Positions 10,536 through 19,912 of a DNA stretch of 64,000 nucleotides are shown one piece after another. Below the pieces are notes generated by a model. It was not told the origin of the DNA and did not search any database. It saw nothing but the letters and a program-made list of their open reading frames with translations. The DNA lies in assembly GCA_963736855.1 (NCBI GenBank), contig CAVTQK010000009.1, positions 448,001-512,000 of the forward strand, given 5' to 3'. Within the stretch, counting starts at the first letter, position 1, and each line of letters starts with the position of its first letter. A program made the translations under genes and the position numbers. Source of the stretch: an uncultured delta proteobacterium. Its GTDB lineage: Bacteria; Desulfobacterota; Desulfobacteria; Desulfobacterales; UBA2156.

Positions 10536-11351
10536 TTATCTTGGTTCATGAATCCCCATTCCCTCAAGCGTTTCACCGAAAAGGTCTTTCGCCGGGATAA
10601 GGATTTCGGCATCATCATAACTCATGAAACGTCCTGAAAAGGACTTCGGTGCGGCAAGAACCATCCACGCAATACTGCGCGCCGGAATCTCAGGCGGTTC
10701 AAGGGCGCTTTTTTCCTTCAAGGATAGATAGAAGTCAATCTCATCAGGCGGCATTAGGCCAATACCTTCATTTCTGATTTTGGCCTGCATGGCGGTATCG
10801 ACCACTCCCGGCCGCACGGCAATGCAGGCGATGGTCGGCTCTTCCTTGGCCAGTACGCTGTTGAGTTGGTTCAGGGCGGCTTTAGAGGCACAATAGGCGC
10901 TTCCGGAGTAAATGGGATGGTGCGCCGCACCGCTGCTCACGCTGACGATCCGACCCTCCTGTTTTCGCAAATGGGGAATCGCTTCCTTCATCAGGTAAAA
11001 GGGACCGAACAGATTGACCTCCAGGTTGCGGCGCCAGAGGAAGATATCGGCGTCTGCCACCGTGTTCAGTGGATCGAGGATCCCGGCGTTGTTCACGAGA
11101 CCGTCGAGTCTTCCGAATCGCCTGACGGCCTCGGCCACGCAGGCCCTGCAATGCTCAACATCCGATACATCCCCGGGAAACGGGTGGGCCGTCCCGCCCA
11201 GATCTTTCACACGTCCGGTCACCCTGTCGAGGGCTTCCTTGGAGCGCGCCATGAGCACCACAGAAGCCTTTGTCTTTCCCAGCCAGCATGCAACGGCCTC
11301 CCCGATACCCCGGGAGGCGCCGGTTACGATAATGACCGGACTTGTGCTCAT
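10536..11351 (-). CDS. Short-chain dehydrogenase/reductase
   Basis: TGASRGIG, NNAG and YCASK. Confidence 0.93.
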   Translation of the reverse strand: MSTSPVIIVTGASRGIGEAVACWLGKTKASVVLMARSKEALDRVTGRVKDLGGTAHPFPGDVSDVEHCRACVAEAVRRFGRLDGLVNNAGILDPLNTVADADIFLWRRNLEVNLFGPFYLMKEAIPHLRKQEGRIVSVSSGAAHHPIYSGSAYCASKAALNQLNSVLAKEEPTIACIAVRPGVVDTAMQAKIRNEGIGLMPPDEIDFYLSLKEKSALEPPEIPARSIAWMVLAAPKSFSGRFMSYDDAEILIPAKDLFGETLEGMGIHEPR

Positions 11352-11439
11352 GCTTTTAGATCTCCTTTCTTTCGATTCATTTCAAGAGATTGTCAATCAT
11401 AGGAAAGATTGATACAAAGTCAATAAAGGATGGTTGTTC

Positions 11440-11943
11440 ATGACCCATGATCAGACGGTAAAAGCTCTGCACCCGGATTTTTCCGGGGCCTATCCCGAAT
11501 ATCCACGCGTTGCGGTGGGGGCCGTGGTGTTACACAACGACCGGGTTCTTCTGGTCAAGCGGGGAAAGCCCCCGGCCGAAGGGGTTTGGGCTATCCCCGG
11601 CGGAACCGTCCATCTGGGGGAATCCCTCCAGGAGGCCGCCCGGCGGGAAATATTAGAAGAAACAGGGATTGTCATCCAAACCGGAGAAGTCATTTATGTT
11701 TTTGAAAAGGTGGAACGGGATACCGACGGTCGCGTACGGTTCCACTACGTGATCATCGACCTTCTGGCCGACTATGTCGGAGGAAACCTTCAGCCCGGAG
11801 ATGACGCCAAGGATGCCTGCTGGGTCTCCAGAGAAGACCTCTCTATTCTTAAACTCAGCGAAAAAACGCGGCAACTTCTCCGGTCGCGATTCGGCTTTCT
11901 GGGTCGAGCCACTCAATGTCATACCCTATTGAAAAATGAATAG
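11440..11943 (+). CDS. NUDIX hydrolase
   Basis: Nudix box GGTVHLGESLQEAARREILEETG. Confidence 0.93.
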   Translation: MTHDQTVKALHPDFSGAYPEYPRVAVGAVVLHNDRVLLVKRGKPPAEGVWAIPGGTVHLGESLQEAARREILEETGIVIQTGEVIYVFEKVERDTDGRVRFHYVIIDLLADYVGGNLQPGDDAKDACWVSREDLSILKLSEKTRQLLRSRFGFLGRATQCHTLLKNE

Positions 11944-12484
11944 CGATCGAATCCGTTGGAATAAAAAATACCTTGAGGAAACCCATCCCGTTCAACCCTC
12001 CGCCATCCTCAAACGGTATCATCGCCGGGCAGGAAAGGGCAGGGCTTTAGACTTAGCCTGCGGCAACGGCCGAAACGCTCTGTTTCTCATTGAGCAGGGT
12101 TTTAAGGTGGATGCGGTGGATATTTCCGATACCGGACTTATTTATATGTCAAAACGTCCGGAAGGACTGAATCTCATGTGTGCGGATTTGGACACCTTTG
12201 ACATTCCCGCAAAACGGTACGACCTCATCCTCAACATCCGTTTTTTGAACCGGCGCCTTTTTCCTTACATCCTGGAAGGGCTTGCCCCGGGCGGCATTCT
12301 CATTTTCGAGACCTACCTTGAGGAAATAGGACGAGAGTCCAAAACCATTTCCTGCCGGGATCATCTTTTAAGACCCAACGAGCTGCTGCACGCCTTTATC
12401 CCTCTGCGGATTTTATACTATGCCGAAAAGCGGGAAAACGGGAGCGGAGCCGTCGCCTCCCTGGTGGGGATTCACAGCGCATGA
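11936..12484 (+). CDS. Class I SAM-dependent methyltransferase (TehB-like)
   Basis: ALDLACGNGRNA, VDIS and LAPGGILIFE. Confidence 0.88.
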   Translation: MNSDRIRWNKKYLEETHPVQPSAILKRYHRRAGKGRALDLACGNGRNALFLIEQGFKVDAVDISDTGLIYMSKRPEGLNLMCADLDTFDIPAKRYDLILNIRFLNRRLFPYILEGLAPGGILIFETYLEEIGRESKTISCRDHLLRPNELLHAFIPLRILYYAEKRENGSGAVASLVGIHSA

Positions 12485-12512
12485 AAAGTGACGGAATGGG
12501 ATTGAGATCGGC

Positions 12513-13319
12513 ATGAAAAAAAAGTTGAAAATCGGCGTTCTGGTTTCCGGGGGAGGCACCAACCTGCAGGCTATTCTGGACGCCTGTGCGAATCAAACGC
12601 TTCCCGGAAAAGTCGTATTCGTGGGGTCGGACAACCCCGATGCTTTCGGTCTTACACGTGCAAAAAACAGCGGGGTTCCTGCATTCAGCATCGATTACAG
12701 ACAAATCCTCAATAGCGCTCAAGACCGGGATGCCGATCTGACCCCTCCTTCCGACTGGAATCGGAAAGACGTTTTAAAAAAGCAATCCCTGTTTGGTCCG
12801 CAAACATCGCGGGAAAAGGTCGAGCGCTTTTTTGCGTACCGGGCCTTGGCCGAAGCCGCGCTTCTGGAGCAGATGTCCCCATACCCCTTTGATCTTCTGG
12901 TCCTGGCCGGGTTCATGAGGGTATTGACTCCCTATTTCATCGACCGGGTCAATGCTGATCCGGAGCATCCCCGCATCATGAACATCCATCCGGCTCTGCT
13001 TCCAGCCTTTCCGGGAACGGACGGATATGGAGACGCCTTTCGGTACGGATGCAAGGTGGCCGGCTGCACCGTGCATTTCGTAGATTACGGCGAAGACTCC
13101 GGGCCCATCATCGCACAGCAGGCTTTTCCCATCGAAGAAGAGGATACCGAAGCCATGGTTCGAGAAAAGGGGCTTGCCATCGAATGGGAGCTGTATCCCC
13201 GCTGCATCGCGCTTTTCGCCCAAAACCGAATTGAAGTGGTGCTAAAAAAATACGCCCTGCCGGACGGAAAAAAGGTTCAGAAAACCCGAGTACAGATCCT
13301 ACCACCGCCGAAAAAATAG
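12513..13319 (+). CDS. purN: Phosphoribosylglycinamide formyltransferase
   Basis: VLVSGGGTNLQA, LAGFMRVL, NIHPALLP, GCTVHFVD and DSGPII. Confidence 0.93.
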   Translation: MKKKLKIGVLVSGGGTNLQAILDACANQTLPGKVVFVGSDNPDAFGLTRAKNSGVPAFSIDYRQILNSAQDRDADLTPPSDWNRKDVLKKQSLFGPQTSREKVERFFAYRALAEAALLEQMSPYPFDLLVLAGFMRVLTPYFIDRVNADPEHPRIMNIHPALLPAFPGTDGYGDAFRYGCKVAGCTVHFVDYGEDSGPIIAQQAFPIEEEDTEAMVREKGLAIEWELYPRCIALFAQNRIEVVLKKYALPDGKKVQKTRVQILPPPKK

Positions 13320-13450
13320 ACTGCTTTTATATACACACTGGTGACCATTTGCTGATTTTCCTATGAAAGGTGCGCCATATGAAGCTTTAATCCATCTGCC
13401 GCGAGCATGCCACAACACAACAGATACGGCCAAGCACATTTCTTTCCTCT

Positions 13451-14332
13451 TCAAAATCGGCGCGCGCCCAGAGCGGCCAGGCAAACTCCTGAAGTGACCA
13501 GCACCGCTCCGATGAAAAGAGATAATGTGAGGGGTTCCTTAAGGATCAGAAAAGAAAGTAACACGGCACTGATGGGAACGAAGTTGATGAAAAGCCCGGC
13601 ACGGGTCGGCCCGATGCGCCGGATGCCTTCGTAATACCATAAAAAACCGAGCACGGTACCGAAAAAACCCAAATAGAAAATACTCGCCCAGGTTTGAAAC
13701 GAATAATGCCGGCCGTCGAAGAGACCTTCCGCCACGGCCGGAGGTAAAAGACAGATCATCCCTGCCAGCGAACTGTATGCCACCGCCGTAAGCGGAGATA
13801 GATCGGTCATCACAATCTTGCCGAGGAGGGAATAGGACACCCAACTGGCCACACAACCGAAAATGAATATTTCCCCCCATCCGAATCCGCCTCCCAGCCC
13901 ATCTAAAAGACGACCCCGGGTGATCACAAGAATCGCTCCACTCACGGAGACAAGAATACCTATCACCTTCAGGGCGTTGATTCTCTCTTTGAAAAGCACA
14001 GCAGACATCAGGGCGATAAAAATCGGATTGTTAGCGATGATGACAGAGGCCCTGCCGGCTTCAATCAGCTTAAGCCCTTTCAGAAAAAGAACATTGTAAA
14101 GGAAAATCCCCGTCATGCCCATCAAGAACAGGTAAAGCATCTGTTTTTTTCCGAGAGGAGAAAAGGGTCGTTCCAACCGAAAAAGAATGGCCGTCAAAAA
14201 AAGGGACGCCACAAAAAAACGAAGGAAGGCCCCGCAAAAAGGCCCCATTTCCATGGCCAGGATGCGGCCGGCAATAAACGTTCCGCCCCAAAAGAGGGCC
14301 ATCAGCAAAAGCTTGATATAAGTGGAAGCCAA
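13451..14332 (-). CDS. DMT (EamA) family transporter
   Basis: FWGGTF, 10 TM segments and two EamA repeats ending in FKE/LKE. Confidence 0.9.
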   Translation of the reverse strand: MASTYIKLLLMALFWGGTFIAGRILAMEMGPFCGAFLRFFVASLFLTAILFRLERPFSPLGKKQMLYLFLMGMTGIFLYNVLFLKGLKLIEAGRASVIIANNPIFIALMSAVLFKERINALKVIGILVSVSGAILVITRGRLLDGLGGGFGWGEIFIFGCVASWVSYSLLGKIVMTDLSPLTAVAYSSLAGMICLLPPAVAEGLFDGRHYSFQTWASIFYLGFFGTVLGFLWYYEGIRRIGPTRAGLFINFVPISAVLLSFLILKEPLTLSLFIGAVLVTSGVCLAALGARRF

Positions 14333-14405
14333 TTCCGATTCCGATCCGCTTTCAGCCCTGGCCTGTTCCTCTTTTTATGGAAGCGGTTTCTGCATGAAAG
14401 AGAAT

Positions 14406-15005
14406 TTATCCGGCGAAAGAGGATGCTTTTTCATCGACGCTCCAGACGATAGCAAAATGCCCACAGGTGATGGATGCGATATGCCCTTGAAAAAAGTACT
14501 GCTCCACATCCCAATGTTTCCCCCGATAGTCTATCGTCATAAAATTTTCGTCGCGAACCGCCTCGATCCGGCATCCGGAAAGCCCCGAAAGACCATCCCC
14601 GGCGGCTTTCAAGACCGCTTCTTTGGCTGTCCAGTATCGAAAAAACCGGAGGGTTTTATCCCCTTCGGTAAGCTGCCATTCCCTGTCATCGGCCACCTTT
14701 CTGAATAGCGCCTCGGATCGGGGTCGGATCGGTTCCACGTCGATTCCAACAGGCGCCGGGGCTACTACGGCGGCAACGAAGGTTTCTTTATGAGAAATGG
14801 ACCAGAAGACGCCGCTTTCAGGAAGCGGAGCGCCGCTTTCAGCTTTTTGGAACCTAGTCAGAACGACGCCGCTTTTTTGAGCCGAGTGAACAAGGGCTTT
14901 ATGGGCCCACGCCTGAAGGCAGCGCATCTTCTCCCGTCCTTTGAGTCCGGGACCGATATCCGGAACAGGGAGCAGCACCGGATATAGGGTTTTAATGGAT
15001 GCCAT
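14406..15005 (-). CDS. 4'-phosphopantetheinyl transferase (Sfp-type)
   Basis: SISH, VGIDVE and FFRYWTAKEAVLKA. Start placed at ATG 15005, overlapping the rsmI end. Confidence 0.88.
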   Translation of the reverse strand: MASIKTLYPVLLPVPDIGPGLKGREKMRCLQAWAHKALVHSAQKSGVVLTRFQKAESGAPLPESGVFWSISHKETFVAAVVAPAPVGIDVEPIRPRSEALFRKVADDREWQLTEGDKTLRFFRYWTAKEAVLKAAGDGLSGLSGCRIEAVRDENFMTIDYRGKHWDVEQYFFQGHIASITCGHFAIVWSVDEKASSFAG

Positions 15006-15879
15006 CTTTGATGCGCAATGCCTCTTCATAAACCGCACGCCTGGACAGCCCGAATTCGCCGGCAACTTTTTTAACAACCTCTGAAAGAGTACCGTTGTTC
15101 TGATGAAGCGCTTCTTTGAGTTTAACGCGGATATCTTCCCTGGAAATGATCTTGCTGCCTGTCTCCCCGGCAACCAGCAATGTGCACTCCCCCTTGATTT
15201 CGGGGCGTTTTTCCAATTCATCGCGCAACATTAAAAGGGTCCCTCTCAGGATTTCCTCGTGAAGCTTGGTCATCTCACGACACAACACAGCGTGACGGTT
15301 TTCCATAACACTTTGAATTTCTTGAATCAGCGCCAGGATGCGCCTTGGGGACTCATAGAAAATCAACGTTTGACTCAAACCGGAAAGGGCCTGGAGCTGT
15401 TTGAGTCGTTCTCCCTTTTTTTTTGGCAAAAATCCGATAAAAACAAAGGCGTCCGTCGGAAGTCCGGATACGCAAAGGGCGCTGACGGCGGCAGATGCAC
15501 CGGGAACGGGAACGACCTCCAGACCCTCTTCGATGGCCGCCCGGACCAGTCGAAACCCGGGATCCGATACAGCAGGCGTTCCGGCTTCAGACACCAATGC
15601 AACCGAAGCGCCCTGTTTCAGTTTTTCAATCAGGCTCGGTGTCTGCTTTTTTTCATTATGTTCATGATATGCGATTAAGCGGCCTGAAATGTTGTGATGT
15701 TGAAGAAATCGCCGAGTATGCCGGGTATCCTCGGCGGCGATCCAGTCTGCCTCCTGAAGGATTCTGAGGGCTCTGAGCGTAATGTCTTCCCGGTTTCCGA
15801 TAGGGGTTGCCACCACATAGAGTTTTCCCGGTATGCTCCGAATGTTGTCGTATTTATGGATAGGCGAGTTCAAAGGCAT
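14992..15879 (-). CDS. rsmI: 16S rRNA C1402 2'-O-methyltransferase
   Basis: LYVVATPIGN, AEDTR, SEAGTPAVSDPG, FYESPRR and REMTKLHEE. Confidence 0.96.
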   Translation of the reverse strand: MPLNSPIHKYDNIRSIPGKLYVVATPIGNREDITLRALRILQEADWIAAEDTRHTRRFLQHHNISGRLIAYHEHNEKKQTPSLIEKLKQGASVALVSEAGTPAVSDPGFRLVRAAIEEGLEVVPVPGASAAVSALCVSGLPTDAFVFIGFLPKKKGERLKQLQALSGLSQTLIFYESPRRILALIQEIQSVMENRHAVLCREMTKLHEEILRGTLLMLRDELEKRPEIKGECTLLVAGETGSKIISREDIRVKLKEALHQNNGTLSEVVKKVAGEFGLSRRAVYEEALRIKDGIH

Positions 15880-16225
15880 TCTTGATCAGTTCGATCTTTG
15901 GAAGAGGCGTCCCTGATACAACGGTCACCACATCGAATCGAGCCCTGGCGCCGATCTGATGCGTCGCCTTGAGATAACATAGGGCGACCATGGAAATCTT
16001 TTTTTGCTTCTGACGCGTCACCGCATATTTGGGGTGGAGATGATCGGCATTTTTTTTGGCTTTAACCTCAACAAATGCGATAGTGTTCTCATCCTTTGCA
16101 ATAATATCGATTTCACCCAACCGGTTTCGGTAGTTGCATTCCAGGATCTTGTACCCCTGCTGCCGGAGAAATTGTCCCGCCTCCGATTCGCCTTGTTTTC
16201 CGAATGCCTGCCGCTCACTGGGCAC
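15854..16225 (-). CDS. yraN: YraN/UPF0102 family protein
   Basis: GKQGE, GEIDIIA, FVEVK and RFDVV. Start placed at GTG 16225. Confidence 0.9.
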   Translation of the reverse strand: MPSERQAFGKQGESEAGQFLRQQGYKILECNYRNRLGEIDIIAKDENTIAFVEVKAKKNADHLHPKYAVTRQKQKKISMVALCYLKATHQIGARARFDVVTVVSGTPLPKIELIKNAFELAYP

Positions 16226-16253
16226 GCGTCGTCGTCCTTTTCTCTTCCCGGAA

Positions 16254-16868
16254 TCAAAGGTGCTCTTTGACGCCCCTGAAGGTTTTACGGTGGATGGGCG
16301 TGCAACCGAACCGCTGAATCGCCGCCTTGTGATTTTTCGTGGGGTACCCCTTGTGCCTGGAAAAATCGAATTGCGGATACCAAATATCGTAGCCACCCAT
16401 CAACCGGTCCCGGGTCACCTTGGCCACAATGGATGCAGCGGCAATTGAAAGACTCAACGCGTCTCCTTTCGGAATGGGTTGCTGATGAATTATCGAAGGG
16501 ATGCGCTGGTTGCCGTCGATCAATAGGCAGTCCGGGGGCGGACAAAGGTTCTCCACCGCCATAGCCATGGAAAGAAGTGAGGCCTTCAGGATATTGATTC
16601 GGTCGATTTCAACAGAATCCACGATACCGATGCCGATGGACAAGGCGTGCGTGTAGATATTATCATAGAGGCGCTCACGAACGGCGCGTGTCAGCTTTTT
16701 CGAATCGGTAACTTTCGGCAGGTCTGCACCTCGGGGCAACACGACAGCTGCAGCCACCACCGGCCCAGCAAGGGGACCCCTCCCCGCCTCGTCGATACCG
16801 GCGATCCGGTGGAAGCCATTTTTGCGGGATTCGTTTTCAAAAATCCAAAGGTCGGATACCATGGGCAC
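16254..16868 (-). CDS. rnhB: Ribonuclease HII
   Basis: GIDEAGRGPLAGPV, DSKKL, SIAAASIVAKV and HKGYPT. Confidence 0.97.
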   Translation of the reverse strand: MPMVSDLWIFENESRKNGFHRIAGIDEAGRGPLAGPVVAAAVVLPRGADLPKVTDSKKLTRAVRERLYDNIYTHALSIGIGIVDSVEIDRINILKASLLSMAMAVENLCPPPDCLLIDGNQRIPSIIHQQPIPKGDALSLSIAAASIVAKVTRDRLMGGYDIWYPQFDFSRHKGYPTKNHKAAIQRFGCTPIHRKTFRGVKEHL

Positions 16869-16944
16869 GGCTTCCCGGTGCTTACTTTCGATTCGAGGGG
16901 CACCAACCGTTACATCTCGAGATGCCCTGATCTGCTCCCCGATA

Positions 16945-17298
16945 TCAGGTTAAATTTTTCTCTTTGATTCTTGCGGCTTTTCCCCTGAGTTTTCGAAGAT
17001 AATAGATCTTGGCGCGTCGGACCCTTCCTTTAGAAATAACCTCGATATGGTCAATAGCAGGCGAGTGGAGCGGGAAAACGCGCTCCACGCCCACACCGTA
17101 AGAAACCTTCCGCACGGTGAAAGTGCCGGTGGTGTTCAGAGGGCCTTTGCGTTTGCTGATAACGACCCCCTGGAAGGCCTGGAGGCGCTCCTTCTCCCCC
17201 TCCTTGATTTTTACATGGATTTTCACCGTATCCCCCGGCGAAAAGGAGGGATGGTCGAGCCGCATGTTCTCTTTTTCAATCTGAGTGATGATTTCCAT
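16945..17298 (-). CDS. rplS: 50S ribosomal protein L19
   Basis: [17 protein letters not shown] and [12 protein letters not shown]. Confidence 0.98.
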   Translation of the reverse strand: MEIITQIEKENMRLDHPSFSPGDTVKIHVKIKEGEKERLQAFQGVVISKRKGPLNTTGTFTVRKVSYGVGVERVFPLHSPAIDHIEVISKGRVRRAKIYYLRKLRGKAARIKEKNLT

Positions 17299-17342
17299 GA
17301 TTCCAATCCTTCTATATTAACGTATTGATGATTTTTAAACCT

Positions 17343-17499
17343 TTGATGGCTTCGTAAAAAGTCCATCTGCTGCGTTGCACTGCATACTTCGTCATTACGG
17401 TGTACCTATAAGTACGCCTCATTCCTCAGGATTTGCGCGCCTTGCATCTGAATCTTTTTACTTTGCCATCTCAATTTTGAGTTTTTATAATGCCATCAA
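17343..17499. repeat. MITE/REP-like element with terminal inverted repeats
   Basis: Left end TTGATGGCTTCGTAAAAAG. Two imperfect complements: CTTTTTACTTTGCCATC (17454-17470) and TTTTTATAATGCCATCAA (17482-17499). Confidence 0.65.
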
Positions 17500-17503
17500 C
17501 CTT

Positions 17504-18094
17504 TTACTCACTTTGTCTTCCCAGCAGCCGATCGAGAATGACTGCCGCCGCCGAACGTACCGAGAGATGGTTATAATTTTCCGGCCCTGCGACCGGCTCT
17601 AAAATATGATCCGATTCTCCCGTCACCGATGATGCCAGCCCCCATGCCGTTCCGAATAAAAGCAACCAAGGTTGATGTTCCATAAGCATCCGTCGAAGAT
17701 CGATAAAACGGATCTCTTTTGATTTCCCTAAAGATCCGACCCGGGCTCCGGTAGCCACCGTTTTTGGCGCTTTCCCCTCCAAATGCGCGATCTCCCGCTT
17801 GACATCATCCAAGGAATCTCTAATCCGGATCATCGCGAGGGCTTCTTTCCTGTCTGGATTAACTTTAGCACCCCATCCATCAACCCAGTGCCGGATGATG
17901 CTTCGGCATATGGTCTGTTGATCCGTCAGCGGCGTCACCACATAAAAAGCTTTGGCGCCAAAGGTCCGCGCCGCCCTTGAAATATCATGAAGATCGAGAT
18001 TAGTAACGGCCGATGCGATGACTTCGCTTTTTTTATTGACCACCGGGTAATGGATCAGAGCCAGATAGAGGCTGGGCTTCAAGGAGTTGTTCAA
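17504..18094 (-). CDS. SPOUT-like RNA methyltransferase (TrmD-associated, DUF2168-type)
   Basis: LALIHYPVVNK, SAVTNLDLHDISR, LFGTAWGL and YNHLSVRSAAAVILDRL. Confidence 0.88.
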   Translation of the reverse strand: MNNSLKPSLYLALIHYPVVNKKSEVIASAVTNLDLHDISRAARTFGAKAFYVVTPLTDQQTICRSIIRHWVDGWGAKVNPDRKEALAMIRIRDSLDDVKREIAHLEGKAPKTVATGARVGSLGKSKEIRFIDLRRMLMEHQPWLLLFGTAWGLASSVTGESDHILEPVAGPENYNHLSVRSAAAVILDRLLGRQSE

Positions 18095-18821
18095 TATCCC
18101 GGTACCATTTCTGGAGTATCTCTCTTTCCTCCGGCTTTAACCCCCTTTTTATCAATAAATCCCTTCGCTTTAAAAACGTTCGGATCAAAGCGCTTTCCCG
18201 GCGCCAGGCTTCAATGGCTTTATGATTTCCGGAATAGAGTGCTTCCGGGACCTTTTGGCCTTCAAAAATTCGGGGCCGGGTATATTGGGCATGTTCCAAG
18301 AGCCCGTTTGAAAACGAATCTTCCTGGGCCGATCCGTCTCCACCCAGGGTCCCGGGAACCAAACGGGTCACTGCATCCATAACAATCATGGCAGCCAGCT
18401 CCCCGCCGGTCAACACATAATCCCCCACCGACACTTCCAAGTCGATGAGGCTTTCGCCCACCCGCTCATCTATGCCTTCATAACGCCCGCACACTAAAAT
18501 CAACGCCCCAAGGGAAGCAAGGTACCCAGCCATCTGCTGGTCAAAGGGTCGTCCTTGGGGAGTCAGCAGGATCGATTGAGCCTCGGGTAGACGGCTTTTG
18601 GCTAAGCGGATAGCACCGACTAGGGGTTCTGGTTTCATCACCATCCCCAATCCCCCGCCAAAAGGTCGATCATCCGTTGTCCGGTGCCTGTCTTCTGTAA
18701 AATCCCTGGGGGTCACGGCACCGGCCGTAATTTTACCTTCCTTTATCGCTCTCCCGACAATTCCATGGTCCCAAAACGTAGAAAACATCTCCGGAAAAAT
18801 AGTCACGACGATGTAATCCAT
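18033..18821 (-). CDS. trmD: tRNA (guanine-N1)-methyltransferase
   Basis: DDRPFGGG, CGRYEGIDER, SVGDYVLTGGE and YTRP. Confidence 0.97.
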   Translation of the reverse strand: MDYIVVTIFPEMFSTFWDHGIVGRAIKEGKITAGAVTPRDFTEDRHRTTDDRPFGGGLGMVMKPEPLVGAIRLAKSRLPEAQSILLTPQGRPFDQQMAGYLASLGALILVCGRYEGIDERVGESLIDLEVSVGDYVLTGGELAAMIVMDAVTRLVPGTLGGDGSAQEDSFSNGLLEHAQYTRPRIFEGQKVPEALYSGNHKAIEAWRRESALIRTFLKRRDLLIKRGLKPEEREILQKWYRDIEQLLEAQPLSGSDPLPGGQ

Positions 18822-18834
18822 GGGCCTGCTGCAG

Positions 18835-19356
18835 CTACAACCCCTCGGGAAGCGTCACATGCATGACGCCTTGCGCGATATCCACGGCCCTCACCACGGA
18901 AGCCAGGGCCGGAATCAGCGTTTCTCCTTTTCCGTTTTCCCTCGGATCCTTTACCACATACACATCATTGCTGCCTGTCGTGATGATGGTGTGGATTCGT
19001 CCGATAAACTCCTTATTTTCCGAATACACATTCAGACCGATCAAGTCGCACCAGTAATACGTTCCTTCATCCAGATCCGGCAGGGATTTTCTTTCGATGA
19101 AAAGCGAAGATCCCTTCAACTCGCTTGCCTGTTCTGCATTCGTCACGCCTTCCAAAGAGACCCGCAAGACCCTTCCATGCGGTCTTGCCCAAAGAATTTT
19201 TTTCGATGAGACCCTGCCGTTGGGATCCTCCAAGCGGAAATTTCGACCGGCTGAAAAAATCTCGGCGGATTCCGCATAGGAATGTACCTTTACGGCTCCT
19301 TTGATTCCATGGGAACCGACGATCTTTCCAACCAGGAGATGCTCTTGCCTTGCCAC
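18835..19356 (-). CDS. rimM: Ribosome maturation factor RimM
   Basis: VGKIVGSHGIKG, YYWCDLIG and GSNDVYVV, in the expected context. Confidence 0.95.
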   Translation of the reverse strand: MARQEHLLVGKIVGSHGIKGAVKVHSYAESAEIFSAGRNFRLEDPNGRVSSKKILWARPHGRVLRVSLEGVTNAEQASELKGSSLFIERKSLPDLDEGTYYWCDLIGLNVYSENKEFIGRIHTIITTGSNDVYVVKDPRENGKGETLIPALASVVRAVDIAQGVMHVTLPEGL

Positions 19357-19361
19357 GGATC

Positions 19362-19592
19362 CTATTCGATGATTTCAAGCACCGTCCGCTTCTTCACCTT
19401 GGCAGACGCTGCACTTAGGATGGTCCGCATGGCCCGTGCCGTCCGGCCCTGTTTTCCGATCACTTTTCCGAGGTCTTCTTTTGCCACCTTCAGCTCGAGT
19501 ACGGAAGTCTGATTCCCCTCCACCTCGTTTACCGAAACCTGATCCGGATAATCCACCAATGCCTGCGCAATATACTTGATCAGATCTTTCAT
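19362..19592 (-). CDS. khpA: KH-domain RNA-binding protein KhpA
   Basis: [13 protein letters not shown], located between rpsP and rimM. Confidence 0.93.
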   Translation of the reverse strand: MKDLIKYIAQALVDYPDQVSVNEVEGNQTSVLELKVAKEDLGKVIGKQGRTARAMRTILSAASAKVKKRTVLEIIE

Positions 19593-19641
19593 GGCTTCCT
19601 CTCCTTTGAAGACTGTTGCGCGTCCGGTGTGTCGCTACTGA

Positions 19642-19899
19642 TTACTGAGTCATATTAGCAAAAAATCCCTCTTTTTTCAAAAGATTTTTTACGGTACGGG
19701 TGGGGACAGCCCCCTGGCCCAACCAGTGCTTGATGCGATCCGATTTCAACGTAAGTTCCACCGGGTCGGGTTGAGGATTGTATGTGCCGACCGCTTCAAG
19801 GTATTTCCCATCCCTCGGGCTTTCCGAATTGGCTATTACGATTCGGTAAAAAGGATGCTTTTTGGCTCCATGTCTGGCCAACCTGATTTTCACTGGCAT
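19642..19899 (-). CDS. rpsP: 30S ribosomal protein S16
   Basis: VKIRLARHGAKKHPFYRIV, PRDG and WLGQGA. Confidence 0.98.
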   Translation of the reverse strand: MPVKIRLARHGAKKHPFYRIVIANSESPRDGKYLEAVGTYNPQPDPVELTLKSDRIKHWLGQGAVPTRTVKNLLKKEGFFANMTQ

Positions 19900-19912
19900 G
19901 ATCCCATCTCCC

